Below are positions 36,888 to 47,700 of a stretch of DNA of 64,000 nt, piece after piece. The stretch comes from Bacteroidia bacterium. GTDB lineage: Bacteria > Bacteroidota > Bacteroidia > J057 > JANWXU01. The stretch covers positions 592 to 64,591 of the forward strand of contig JANWXU010000006.1 in assembly GCA_025057395.1 (NCBI GenBank). Direction: 5' to 3'. Within the stretch, counting starts at the first letter, position 1. Each line of letters opens with the position of its first letter. Made by a program: the position numbers and the translations under genes. Below the pieces are notes generated by a model, which saw nothing but the letters and a program-made list of their open reading frames with translations, had not been told where the DNA came from and searched no databases.

Positions 36888-39800
36888 TTATTCAATCTTA
36901 ATTATTCGCGCCCAACGAACTTTATCGCCACTCTGCACAATCAAATAATAAACACTAGATGGCCAAGAAGAAAAGTCTATTTCTATAAAGTCTTCTGAAG
37001 AAAAAATCCAGCTTCCAATTTCTCTACCCTCTGAGCTAAATATTCGGGCGTTTATTATTTCACCCCCATTTTGGCAACTCAAAAAAGCCCTCTGCTTTAT
37101 AGGGTTAGGAAATAAAGAAACTCTAAGGGTGGAATCCTCTAAAAAGGAAGAGATTTTCGAAAAATCCCATGCCGGAATAGTCAAAATAGTGGAGTAACTT
37201 GATAAAATACCTGAGCTTTGGCAAAAAGAACAATTTGCCCTAATTCGAACAATATATTCTCTATCAGCACGAAGATTACGTAATTCATAAGAATTAGTAG
37301 GCGTCCATTCCTCTTTCCAGAGAAGAGGAGTAGTATTTTCAGCATAATTCACACCATAGCAAACCGCCCCTGCTACACTATTCCAACGCAGCTGAGCACT
37401 ATTTATTTGCCTATCCACAATATAAAATCCTCTAGGAATGTTGCAATTAGTAGAAGGCTCCCCTTGGGTACGCTGCCGCAAGGAGGTACTCCAGTGCGTT
37501 ACTCCCTGATTACACTTAGCGCCTATTCTTACTTCATATTCGGTATTTGGCTGTAAATTAGTCAAAAGGTAGCTACTTTGACTAATTCCTTCTACTGTAT
37601 TCCAACTACTTTGACCTACTATTCGATATTGTAATACCAATTGCGAAGTACCACTCAAATTTTGCCAAGTTGCAATTAGAGTATGAGCACTATTAGCTCT
37701 TAATTCTGTAAATACCACTCCTACAGGTTCTTCAATAGCTATTGGACTTAGCCAATCACTTTCACAACCTAAGTCCTTGAGTTTAACTTTTGCTTTATAC
37801 ACACCTGCCGGAACATCAAAAAGTGGATTACTTTGCCAAGCATTACCATCGAGCGTATATTCAAATTCAGGAGAAGAAACGCTACCTAAAAATTTAGCTT
37901 CTAAAAGAATACTTCCATTAGCAGCACCAGTACAGCTAACATTTCTTTGATTAATAACTCTAACCTCAGGCTTAATAGGATTAGACTGTACAGCTACTTC
38001 TACCCTTAAAGTAGCTTGGCAACCTTGCGCATCTGAAACAATTACATCATAACTGCCGGCTCTTAAATCTTCTCTTTTTGCAGTTCTTTTTCCATCCTGC
38101 CAAATAAACGTATACGGAGGGGTTCCACCTATTGCACTTAATTCTATCATTCCATTGCTAGCCTGAGCACATACTGTATTGGATTTCTGAAGTAGAATAG
38201 GTCGAAGAGCTGTAGCCTGGGGTAAAGTATATACCCAATTCTGAGAACACCCATTTCTATCTATTACCCTAAGAGAATAAACTCCCCCTCTAAGCCCTTG
38301 CCTTCCTATGCAATCTCCTACTTGGGTAATTCCAGTAAAGCCATCCGACCAAATATAATTATAAGGTAAGGTTCCCCCTTGGATATTCAAACATATCTGC
38401 CCTAAAGTATCACAACGTGGAAAAAGTATTTGAGCTGAGGCCTGTTGCAAAGGCGGAACTTCAGAAACTACAAAATGATAAGTAGCTTTACAGTTATTAT
38501 CATCTACTACTTCAATAGTATATCGCCCAGGGGCTAAGTTTCTACGGCTTAAACTCAGCAGACTCGTATCTTGCCAGCGAAAATTATAGGGAGCTCTTCC
38601 CCCCTCTAGGCTTACTACTAATATCCCGTCTTTTCTTCCAGAGCAGGTAACTGGTTCTAAAGTAATTAGTTTGGCAAGGGGCGGAGTAGGCTCTTGCAAA
38701 GTAGTTTGATAATAAACTTGAGCACCTTGGCTATCAGTTACGCGTAAAAAATAGGTGCCGGCGCTTAAGCCTGTAATAATAGGTCCTTGCCCTTGAAAAC
38801 CATTAGTACCTGACCACTCGTACCGGTAGGGGGGCTGCCCATTAATAGCACGTGCGCTAATAGCTCCATCCTTATCCCCGACACAGAGCAATGGTTTGAG
38901 AGTAATAAGCTCTACACTTAAACTAGGAGTAAAGGGAATTTCAAAAGTTCGCGTTTGGGTACATCCAATGAAATTAGTCACTGTTACAGTATATCTACCT
39001 GGTAATACACCACTTAAAGTACTTTCTTCTCCTACAATTTGATTTTGGCTATCGCGCCATATAATAGTAACAGGCTCATAAGGAGTAGCAATAAAAAGCT
39101 CAATCTTACCGTCACGTCCCCATCGAAAACTAGCCGGGGTAATAGTGGGCACCACCATAGGCGCAGCCACAACACTAGGAGAATATGTACTCACTGCTGA
39201 AGTACAATTTTCCCTAATGGCTACTACCGAGTATATACTTGCGGGAGCTACCGAAGGAACACGCGCAAAACGGCTAGTTGCCACAAAGCCCTGAGGCCCT
39301 TGCCATAGATATTGTACATTACCCAGATTAGAAGCTGAAAGAATTAAAGAACTATTTTCACAAATAGGATCATTAGCAAAAATTTGAGGAGCAGGCGGCG
39401 AAGGAATAACATTTACTAGCAAACTAGCTTGAATTCTAGGACAATTACCGCAATTAGTCCAACGTGCAACCCGAGGAATAGCCTCTATAGTATACACGGT
39501 TGTTTGTGCTGGCTTCGCTTTTATGGCAGTACCTAAAGAACTACTTAAACCCAAAGCAGGAGACCATCGATATTCCATAAAAGGGGAAGGATTAGGTAAT
39601 ACAATACTAGCACTATCCCCCACAGAACATACGGTAGGAGGGGGTGGCAAAGGAATAGAAGAAAAAGTAGACTTCAAAAAAGCAATATACTGACCATTTT
39701 CAGCACTATTTGCCATCCCTGGTGAAGGAGTTGCCATTTGCCAATTTGCAGCAACAAAAGCATCGTTATCAAGACGATTAGTAAATTGTAGAGAAGAACC

Positions 39801-42464
39801 CTCGAGCATAGAATTGCTAATTCTTACTGGCATTCCTGTAGGGGGCAAATTCCAAGCTACCGCATGCAAAACTTCCAAAGTTTGGGGTGAAACAACCTGT
39901 ACTAAGTCTGCTGCCAAACTAAAATCCAAAGTAGAAAAACCAGAAGATTGATTTTTAATACCTACTGGAAAATAATAATCGCAATTACCAGGCGCAGGAT
40001 ATTGAGAATAAATATCCAAAAAATTAGTATCATTAGCGGCAACAAAATATACCCTATCTTGATTAGCGTCTGTAGGATCTGGGGTTATGCCTGTAGGAGG
40101 AAATGCTGAATGGTAAATAACAATAAGGCTACCTACAGGTACTCTTTGCCAATTACTAATGTTTTTTAAACGAATATGTCCGGAAGTAATAGTTTGTGGT
40201 AAAGAGCAAGTATTGCCACGTCCACTATTATCATCAATTATAAAATCACGCAAATCTTGGTGGGTACCTGGGCAGCCATTCACTAGAAGCTCAATAAAGG
40301 GCTGAGTATTGCCAGCAGCAACTTCATTAATAAGCAATGGACTACAACGAGCAATAGCAGGCGGTCCTTCAAAATAAGCTATAAAGGCATCTTTTTCCTC
40401 TTTAGGCTCTTGGTTATAGTGCCAATCAAAATTAGTAGTAGGTAAAATAATGCTATTAGTTTGACCAGTAATTATTACTCCTGTGGCTCCTTTAGGGGCA
40501 ATTGCGTAGCCTCGGTCATTATCAATACCACCGTATAAGAAAGCCATCCGCACCCGCAAAAGAGAGTCTAATTGAATAACCAAAGCTTCCTCATTAGTAC
40601 TTTGAAACGACTGCGAATATTGTAATTCTAAATTAGTAACAGGAAAGTTAATGCTTCGAGTAAAGCCTGTAATTGCAATGTTATTGAGTCTATCTATAAC
40701 TACGCCTGTAGCATTATCGGCACGATTACCGCCGTAATAAAAAGCCTTTTGCAATTGCCCCGAAGAGGAAAAAGCAGCTACAAAAATATCTTGAGTCCCC
40801 CCCGCATAGGTATTTTCTGCAAAAGGCAGATTAATACTTGCCGTAGTTCCGGCTATAATCCATTCTTTTCGAGCATTACAAACTATTGAATGAGCAGCCA
40901 TCCATTCACGTTGTTCGCCTCCATAGAGCAAAGACCATTGCCGAACCCCCAATGAACTCAATAAAACTACAAAAGCGTCTTGCTCCCCTTGAAACGACTG
41001 TCTGTATTGGTTAGGGTTAGAAGTAGTAGGAAAATTAGAAGCCTGAGTTTGGCCACAAATACCAATATTGCCATCGGGGTCAACTGCTATTCCTGTAATT
41101 TCGTCTATCCCATTGCCTCCTAAATACGTGCCCCACAATAAGGCGCCATTTTCGTCAAATTTAGCAAGGTAGCCATCTTGCACATCTTGACTAAAAAATT
41201 GAAAATACTGCTGCGGCGAAATAGTAAGAGTTGGTAAATTGTTACTAGCTGTAGCCCCCCCTATTACAATTTCGTTAGTAGGACTAACAGCTATATCATT
41301 AACCACTTCTTTTTCAGAGCCCCCATATAAAAAACCAAATTTACGTACGCCTAGAGCCGAAAACTTTAGGATTGCTACTTCTTGATTTAAGTAATCTTGG
41401 CGATAATGAACTGGAGAAAAAGTACGTGGAAAATCTAAGCTATTTGTATTTCCTGCAACAATAATGTCACCGTTATTATCAAAAGCGACAGTAGTAGCAA
41501 CGTCTTCATTACTTCCTCCGTAATAAGTAACCCATTCTGCTTTTCCTTGGCTATTTGCCTTAAAAATAAACATATCGGTATTACCACTATTAAATCCAGA
41601 AAGGAAGGAAGCAGACTGAGGCGCTTGAGTAAAAAGATTAAAGCTCTGCGTAGCTCCTACTACTACAAAGCTTCCATCTTGCCAGGTAGCGATATCATAA
41701 GATAAGTCGTTATCTACACCACCGTAGCGATAAGCATAAATCAAAGGGTCTATTACTAGTGCTTGATTAATAGAACGCTCGGGTGCAACAAAAGATACAA
41801 TATTACCTTTGGATTGATAATACACACGAGTAGGAATTTGAGATTCTTGAGAAAGAAGATAACTACGGGGTATGCTCTCTTCCAAAACAGCATCTCCTTG
41901 AATAAGCACAAACTTTGGGTGCTGGACATCCAGGCTAGGGGTAAAAGGAAGTTGAATTTGAATATCTTCTAATTTAGCTCCTGCTCTCAGGTACCAATCG
42001 TATTTTAACCGATACTTCAAAAGAGATTTTTCTCCTAAAGGTTGTATGGTAAACACTAAATCAATACCCGGGTAGACGTCAGAATAAGTAATTTTTTGAT
42101 AGGAAGGTACATTGATAAAAGTGCCATGCGAATAGTAATAATGAAATTTAGGGCCTATTTCCTCGGTAATTACTCTTGAATAAGAAGCTCCTAGCCACCT
42201 AATTGAAAAAAATGATGGTGTAAGTAGTTGTGAAGATTTTCCACTTTCACAAGCTTTAGCAGAAGTACTTAAACCCGAATAATGATAATTAATTCCTTTG
42301 GAATGAATATGGGCTAGAATTCCGGGTGCCAAGTGTACAATAAAAGAGGCTTCTGCTGTAGCAGCAATATGGGGATACTGCCCTACATTTTGCACAAAAC
42401 CTGCGCACAAGCCTTGGTAATTAAACCACAAGGCAAATAAAATAGCATAATAAAAACCTTTCAT
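36888..42464 (-). CDS. T9SS type-A cargo: DUF7948-like N-domain, SBBP beta-propeller repeats, lamin-tail-like domain, SprB repeats, 2 FN3, CTD
   Basis: FVQNVGQY, YSDVYPGIDLVF, LVIDP; repeated 'TYYGGSNEDVA...GNTNSLDFP'; LLINEVAA; 'GGxPPYxYxW'; 'LFPNP...YYL...IIKIE'. Confidence 0.88.
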   Translation of the reverse strand: MKGFYYAILFALWFNYQGLCAGFVQNVGQYPHIAATAEASFIVHLAPGILAHIHSKGINYHYSGLSTSAKACESGKSSQLLTPSFFSIRWLGASYSRVITEEIGPKFHYYYSHGTFINVPSYQKITYSDVYPGIDLVFTIQPLGEKSLLKYRLKYDWYLRAGAKLEDIQIQLPFTPSLDVQHPKFVLIQGDAVLEESIPRSYLLSQESQIPTRVYYQSKGNIVSFVAPERSINQALVIDPLIYAYRYGGVDNDLSYDIATWQDGSFVVVGATQSFNLFTQAPQSASFLSGFNSGNTDMFIFKANSQGKAEWVTYYGGSNEDVATTVAFDNNGDIIVAGNTNSLDFPRTFSPVHYRQDYLNQEVAILKFSALGVRKFGFLYGGSEKEVVNDIAVSPTNEIVIGGATASNNLPTLTISPQQYFQFFSQDVQDGYLAKFDENGALLWGTYLGGNGIDEITGIAVDPDGNIGICGQTQASNFPTTSNPNQYRQSFQGEQDAFVVLLSSLGVRQWSLLYGGEQREWMAAHSIVCNARKEWIIAGTTASINLPFAENTYAGGTQDIFVAAFSSSGQLQKAFYYGGNRADNATGVVIDRLNNIAITGFTRSINFPVTNLELQYSQSFQSTNEEALVIQLDSLLRVRMAFLYGGIDNDRGYAIAPKGATGVIITGQTNSIILPTTNFDWHYNQEPKEEKDAFIAYFEGPPAIARCSPLLINEVAAGNTQPFIELLVNGCPGTHQDLRDFIIDDNSGRGNTCSLPQTITSGHIRLKNISNWQRVPVGSLIVIYHSAFPPTGITPDPTDANQDRVYFVAANDTNFLDIYSQYPAPGNCDYYFPVGIKNQSSGFSTLDFSLAADLVQVVSPQTLEVLHAVAWNLPPTGMPVRISNSMLEGSSLQFTNRLDNDAFVAANWQMATPSPGMANSAENGQYIAFLKSTFSSIPLPPPPTVCSVGDSASIVLPNPSPFMEYRWSPALGLSSSLGTAIKAKPAQTTVYTIEAIPRVARWTNCGNCPRIQASLLVNVIPSPPAPQIFANDPICENSSLILSASNLGNVQYLWQGPQGFVATSRFARVPSVAPASIYSVVAIRENCTSAVSTYSPSVVAAPMVVPTITPASFRWGRDGKIELFIATPYEPVTIIWRDSQNQIVGEESTLSGVLPGRYTVTVTNFIGCTQTRTFEIPFTPSLSVELITLKPLLCVGDKDGAISARAINGQPPYRYEWSGTNGFQGQGPIITGLSAGTYFLRVTDSQGAQVYYQTTLQEPTPPLAKLITLEPVTCSGRKDGILVVSLEGGRAPYNFRWQDTSLLSLSRRNLAPGRYTIEVVDDNNCKATYHFVVSEVPPLQQASAQILFPRCDTLGQICLNIQGGTLPYNYIWSDGFTGITQVGDCIGRQGLRGGVYSLRVIDRNGCSQNWVYTLPQATALRPILLQKSNTVCAQASNGMIELSAIGGTPPYTFIWQDGKRTAKREDLRAGSYDVIVSDAQGCQATLRVEVAVQSNPIKPEVRVINQRNVSCTGAANGSILLEAKFLGSVSSPEFEYTLDGNAWQSNPLFDVPAGVYKAKVKLKDLGCESDWLSPIAIEEPVGVVFTELRANSAHTLIATWQNLSGTSQLVLQYRIVGQSSWNTVEGISQSSYLLTNLQPNTEYEVRIGAKCNQGVTHWSTSLRQRTQGEPSTNCNIPRGFYIVDRQINSAQLRWNSVAGAVCYGVNYAENTTPLLWKEEWTPTNSYELRNLRADREYIVRIRANCSFCQSSGILSSYSTILTIPAWDFSKISSFLEDSTLRVSLFPNPIKQRAFLSCQNGGEIINARIFSSEGREIGSWIFSSEDFIEIDFSSWPSSVYYLIVQSGDKVRWARIIKIE

Positions 42465-42703
42465 TCGAAAAATTATTTACTAGTTATACCGTACTAACAA
42501 ATTTATAAAAATGATAAAAAGATTGGGTATTCTCCACAACAACTAAGATCGAATCAATAAAAACTAGAGAAAGTTTAATATTTAGGAAAATAATCTTTGA
42601 GATAAGTAATTAACTTATAATTAGTTAACTAAAATGATAAAATTAGAAAAGCAAAAGATGTGAGTTATTATTATATTTAGTTTTAATTGCACAGACTATT
42701 CGT

Positions 42704-42711
42704 TAGCTTTG
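42704..42711 (+). promoter_or_regulatory. Bacteroidota -7 promoter box (TAGCTTTG-CA)
   Basis: TAnnTTTGC about 106 nt upstream of the NYN gene. Confidence 0.5.
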
Positions 42712-42817
42712 CATAAAAGAAACTACAAAAAGCAGTTTTTCAATAAAAAACTTTTTAGTGAATATTTACTGATAGTTTAAGCTCCAATAAAGGTTTACAA
42801 AGATTTTTGATAGTGAA

Positions 42818-43486
42818 ATGTTTATGAACAGAATGCTAAGATTTGCAATTTTTATTGACGGGAATTATTTCATAAAAGTAAGCGACCATTACAAGTTTTA
42901 TCATCCTCGCAAACAAAGGATTTCTTTCGATGGCTTAATAGAATTTATTCGCAATCAAATATCGCTTTCCGAAAATATAGATATGCGCTATTGCCAATGT
43001 GTGGAAGCCCACTGGTTTCGCGGTAGATTTACTATGCCCCAAATTATCAACAAGTATCCTGATGAAGAAAAACGCCTAAAGTATTTAAGCGGAGAAAGGT
43101 ATATTGATGATAGCTTGATGTTCGAGGGAATCACACAACACGTTTACCCCATGAAAGTAAATATGGCTACCCAAGAAGCTGAAGAAAAGGGAATAGATGT
43201 TTGGTTTGCTCTTGAAGCCTATGAGCTAGCTTATCTAAAAAGGTACGATGTAATTGCTCTAGTGGCTTGTGATACTGACTACGTACCTCTGGCCCGTAAA
43301 CTTAACGGCTTAGGTACACGTGTAGCTCTTGTTTCTTGGGACTTCAAAAATGAATTTTTCTCTATCCGTACCTCCCAGGCCCTAATTGATGAATGTTCCT
43401 ATTATTTGGCTATGCACGAACTTATTGATCGAAGAGATAATCATAATAATTTATTAGTAGAAAGACTTTTTTATACACCCGTTTGA
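42818..43486 (+). CDS. NYN domain protein (LabA/DUF88, PIN-like ribonuclease fold)
   Basis: IFIDGNY, EKGIDVWFALE, ACDTDYVPL, TSQALIDE. Confidence 0.9.
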   Translation: MFMNRMLRFAIFIDGNYFIKVSDHYKFYHPRKQRISFDGLIEFIRNQISLSENIDMRYCQCVEAHWFRGRFTMPQIINKYPDEEKRLKYLSGERYIDDSLMFEGITQHVYPMKVNMATQEAEEKGIDVWFALEAYELAYLKRYDVIALVACDTDYVPLARKLNGLGTRVALVSWDFKNEFFSIRTSQALIDECSYYLAMHELIDRRDNHNNLLVERLFYTPV

Positions 43487-43551
43487 CTAGAAAATAATAA
43501 ACAAATGCAAAATCAAGAAAAAATCAGAGTAATAGCATAAAAAGCCTAAAT

Positions 43552-43586
43552 AAAAAGCTATCCCTTAAAAAGGAGGATAGCTTTTT
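43552..43586. terminator. Bidirectional intrinsic terminator
   Basis: AAAAAGCTATCC...GGATAGCTTTTT between convergent genes. Confidence 0.75.
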
Positions 43587-43642
43587 GCTTTTATAAAAGT
43601 AAACCCGAATGTTCCTTTGCAACCTTGCAACGAGGTGATTTA

Positions 43643-44617
43643 CTATTCTGTCTTGAAAATGCGAAACCCATAAGAAGTTTGTAATTCAGAGTCCTCTACT
43701 TGCAAGTAATATACACCAGGCGTTAAATTGGGTAGCAATAGTTCTAAGTTATGAGATACATGTGTAAAATCCTGAACTAGCAATTGTCTTCCTTGCAAGT
43801 CCATTAGTCGGACTTTTAGTAAAGAAACTCTATAAGGAGCTATTAAATACAAGCGATCAATAAAAGGGTTAGGGAAAACCGACCAAGTTCGGTGCTCCGC
43901 CTCCTGGCCCCAACTTACAGGATTGGCACGACAAAAGGGAAATTGTGTTCTTCCAGTAATAATTTGGTTCTGGCGAAAGGGAATATTAGTTTCTTCTATT
44001 TCCTGCCCATGAATATCCGTAATGCGAAAATGATAAGGCCCCGTTTGTTGTTTATCTTCGTCTATGCCACTAGATGCCACAAAATAATTGTAATGTTCTC
44101 TAGGAATAGAAACAAACTGTCCACTACGATTTTTATACTCTAGCTTTTTAATAGCATAACGATGGTTACGCACTTGGATTCCTATCCACCACTGGCTAGA
44201 GCCTTCTTTGTACCGAAAACTTATATTTCCTCCTACAGGGCAAGGAATGAATTCCCATTCAATGGGTACACGTCCTGCTATTTGATCAGCTATCTTTATA
44301 AAAGCTTCCAAACTAAAATCTAAATCTCCAAATTTACATTCCGGACATTGATCTACAATCCTTACATCAACTGTTCCCTTAGGACCCTTTGCCCGCACAC
44401 AAGCTCCACAAACTTCTGAATTTGCATACTGTGGAGCATTCATAGCCGCTACCATAAGGTCTTGGGGTGAAGGATCAAAACTGCAATTACCAGCACCAGT
44501 AGCCCCATAGTAGGTACCCTCCCCTCGATACTTAACTGTAGGAATGCAGTCTTTGGGAGATTGCGCCTTAAGCAAAAAGGAAGAAGTTAGAAATAAAAAG
44601 ATAAATAAAAAGAGCAT
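43643..44617 (-). CDS. Expansin-like (EXLX1/YoaJ family) protein with T9SS type-A CTD
   Basis: GEGTYY, GAGNCSF, AAMN, CGACV, IVDQCPEC..GDLDFS..AF (DPBB domain); KEGSSQWW..IQVRNHRY, YNYF (CBM63); VFPNPF...LTPGVYYL. Confidence 0.9.
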   Translation of the reverse strand: MLFLFIFLFLTSSFLLKAQSPKDCIPTVKYRGEGTYYGATGAGNCSFDPSPQDLMVAAMNAPQYANSEVCGACVRAKGPKGTVDVRIVDQCPECKFGDLDFSLEAFIKIADQIAGRVPIEWEFIPCPVGGNISFRYKEGSSQWWIGIQVRNHRYAIKKLEYKNRSGQFVSIPREHYNYFVASSGIDEDKQQTGPYHFRITDIHGQEIEETNIPFRQNQIITGRTQFPFCRANPVSWGQEAEHRTWSVFPNPFIDRLYLIAPYRVSLLKVRLMDLQGRQLLVQDFTHVSHNLELLLPNLTPGVYYLQVEDSELQTSYGFRIFKTE

Positions 44618-44737
44618 AAAATTTTTATTTTTTACAAAAATAACCCTCTATTCCTACTTTACATAAAAAAAGAATAAAAAGTCTCTTCTAAAATATTAGC
44701 ATACTATGCCTATGCCAATAGTTTAGTCTATTATTTA

Positions 44738-47700
44738 CTACCGCAACACAGTAATAGTGCCTCTATAACTACGTTCACCCACCTGAATAACATAAAAATA
44801 GGTACCCTCTTCCACTGCCTTTCCTTCCTGATTCCTACCATCCCATTCTAAAGCATTTCCTTCCCCTACAAATACCTGAATACCCCACCTATCAAAAATC
44901 TGACATTTTAATTTTTCAGTACCTAAATAAAGAGGCTGCCAGGAATCATTTACGCCGTCGTTATTAGGCGTGAAAACATTAGGAATTTGTAACTCAGGTT
45001 CTTTAATAATGTAGGGACCTAAACGAAATTTCTTTTTGCACCCCCCCTTATCTTCTTGCCATACCTCCACGTAATACTCGCCTGGCAAAGTATAACGATG
45101 CACCGGGGCAACCGACTGGCTAGAATTACCGTCTCCAAATAGCCAAAGCCAACTCCCACTATTAGCTTGAAAGGGATGTGGATAAAAAGAAATTTCGCTA
45201 TTAGGCAAATAAAGAACACTACCTACTGCCGGAGAAGATAGAATTGTATCTACTAAAATACTTTTAGGAAATAGCACTTTTACTTTTTGAAAAGCACTAT
45301 CTTGGCAACCCAATTCATTTTTTACAATTTGTCGAATTTGATAATTGCCTGGGTAATGATAAGTATATAAGGGTTCTCTTTGATTAACAGCCACATTTGA
45401 ATCTCCAAACCTATACAGCCAAAATAATGCGAACTTGCTTTTATCTTTTATCTTTATTCGAAAACTATCACATTCAAAGCTAGGAGTTACTTCAAAGCCT
45501 GCTATAGGACGAGGAATTACCTCGATAGTAACTACAGCAGTATCTGTATAACCACTATCGCTCAAGGTTAGAGTGTAGGTGGTAGTTTGCTGCGGGTAGG
45601 CCTTCACTATTGCACCTTGCTGACTACTTAAATTGTAAAAAGGTTTCCACCAATAGGTAGCTGTTGCAGAGAAGCGGCTTTTTCGCCCCCAAAGCCATAC
45701 AGTATCACCAGCACAAATACGACCCCGACCCGCCCAAGCCATAGCTTTAAATTTACGCAGCACTCGCACATGAGTAATTTTCTGAGTACTACATTGACCA
45801 TACCTTGCCACCAAAGTATAAGTAGTAGAAAAGCGGGGGTCTACCATTGGGTTTAACAAAAAAGGATCACTTAAATTTTCATGCGGCTGCCACTCAAAGG
45901 TAGCATTGGGTATGCCGATAAGCTGGGCAGGTAAAGAAAAAGGTTCTTTTTCATAAACCACAAAAGTATCTGCTAAAAAAATCTTAGGAGTAGGCAATAC
46001 ACTTACTACTAATGAATCACTTACCACACTAGGACATCCATCGGCTAGTACTTGAACGTAATAAGTAGTAGTAGTTTGGGGAAAAGCCCAAGGATTGGCA
46101 GCTTGTGAATTAGATAGTGTGGCATAGGGGCACCACATGTAGGTATAAGGAGCAGGAGCACCACTTACAGTAGGGGTAGGTAATTGAACACTATCTCCCG
46201 CACAAATTTGTAAAGAATTACCTGCGCGAATAGTAGGTCTAGGCTTTACCCGTACAAAAACTGAATCTGCTTTACTTAAGCACCCTTCTTGTTGAATTTG
46301 TAAATAATACCATTGCGAAAAAGAAGGATAAACTCTAGGATTAGCACTATTTGAATTTTGCATGTTTTGTTGAGGATACCAAAAAAAAGCCTCAGCATTT
46401 TGAGGTAGGGCTAGTAGCTCTAGGGTATCGCCTACGCAAATGGCTTTAGCGGGAGCAATATGTGCTCGTGGTTGTGGCTTTACACGAACCGTCACAGTAG
46501 CAAGGGCCCATTCAGCACTATCTTTAGGCATGGAAATACATCCTAAAGGCTTAGTAATAACTTTTAGAGTATAAGTAATAGTATAGGGAGGGGTAGCTGT
46601 AGGATCGGGTAAATACGGATTATTTAAACCTAAAGTAGGCTGCCATCTATACTCAAAATTAGAAATATTATCTAATAATATTGCCTTGCCTTTTAATTTT
46701 ACGCTTTTACCCTCCTCGGCGCATATAGCAGTATCCTCTCCAGCATCTGCTACAGGCAATGGATGGATAGTAACTTTTATAGAATCTTTAGCCCAACAAC
46801 CATTTGCGTCTGTAACCCGTAATGTATATATGGTTGTTTGCAAGGGGCTTGCCACTAAGTAAGGAGTGGTAGCACTATTATTGTAAATACCAGTAAAGGG
46901 TTGCCATTGGTAACGATAGGGCGGTATTCCTCTTTGCACCTGCGAAAAAATTCTTGCTGTGTCTTGGCCCTGACAAAAAGCTAAGGGAGGAGTTGTTATG
47001 CGCACTTGGGGAGAGGGTCTTACAGTAACAGTAAGACTTTTAGCCTCAGCATAACATCCTTCGGCCAGAGCTTGTAAAGTATAAGTGGTAGTTTGTATTG
47101 GGCAAGCTCTTCCACCATTACTACCCTGTGAAGTTAAGGGGGGGGTCCATCTTAGCTGAGCTTGGGAGGGCACTACTTGCCAAAAGAGCACGGCACAGTC
47201 TCCTTGGCAAATGGCAGTATCCTTACTAATTTCAATTTGTGGCAAAGACTTTATACGAACCCTTTGCCAGGAAGTTATAATAGCTTGATTGCATGCATCT
47301 TGCACCCATAGACGATAAAAAGTACTTTGACCCGGAAGCAAAGAAAAGACAGAATCAGCAGATATAAATCTTACTTCTCCTGCCACACTATCTTGCCAAA
47401 AGTAGCGGTAAGGAGGCTTTCCACCTCTTACTATAGCTTGGAGCCATAATCTTTCACCGCGACATAATGAAGTATCACTAAGTTGAAAACGAGCCTGTAG
47501 TGTTGGCAATGCTTCTATTGAAAAAAGAGTATCAATTATTTGGCAACCATCCGTTACAGATACAGGAATTGCTAACAGAGAATTATTCAACGTAACTTGA
47601 TAATTACCACTTGTATTTTGCAAGCCGGGGAATCTATAAGTATAGTTTCCACTTCCACCTTGGGCTTTCACTTGTAAAGATACATTTTGTCCTTGGCAAA

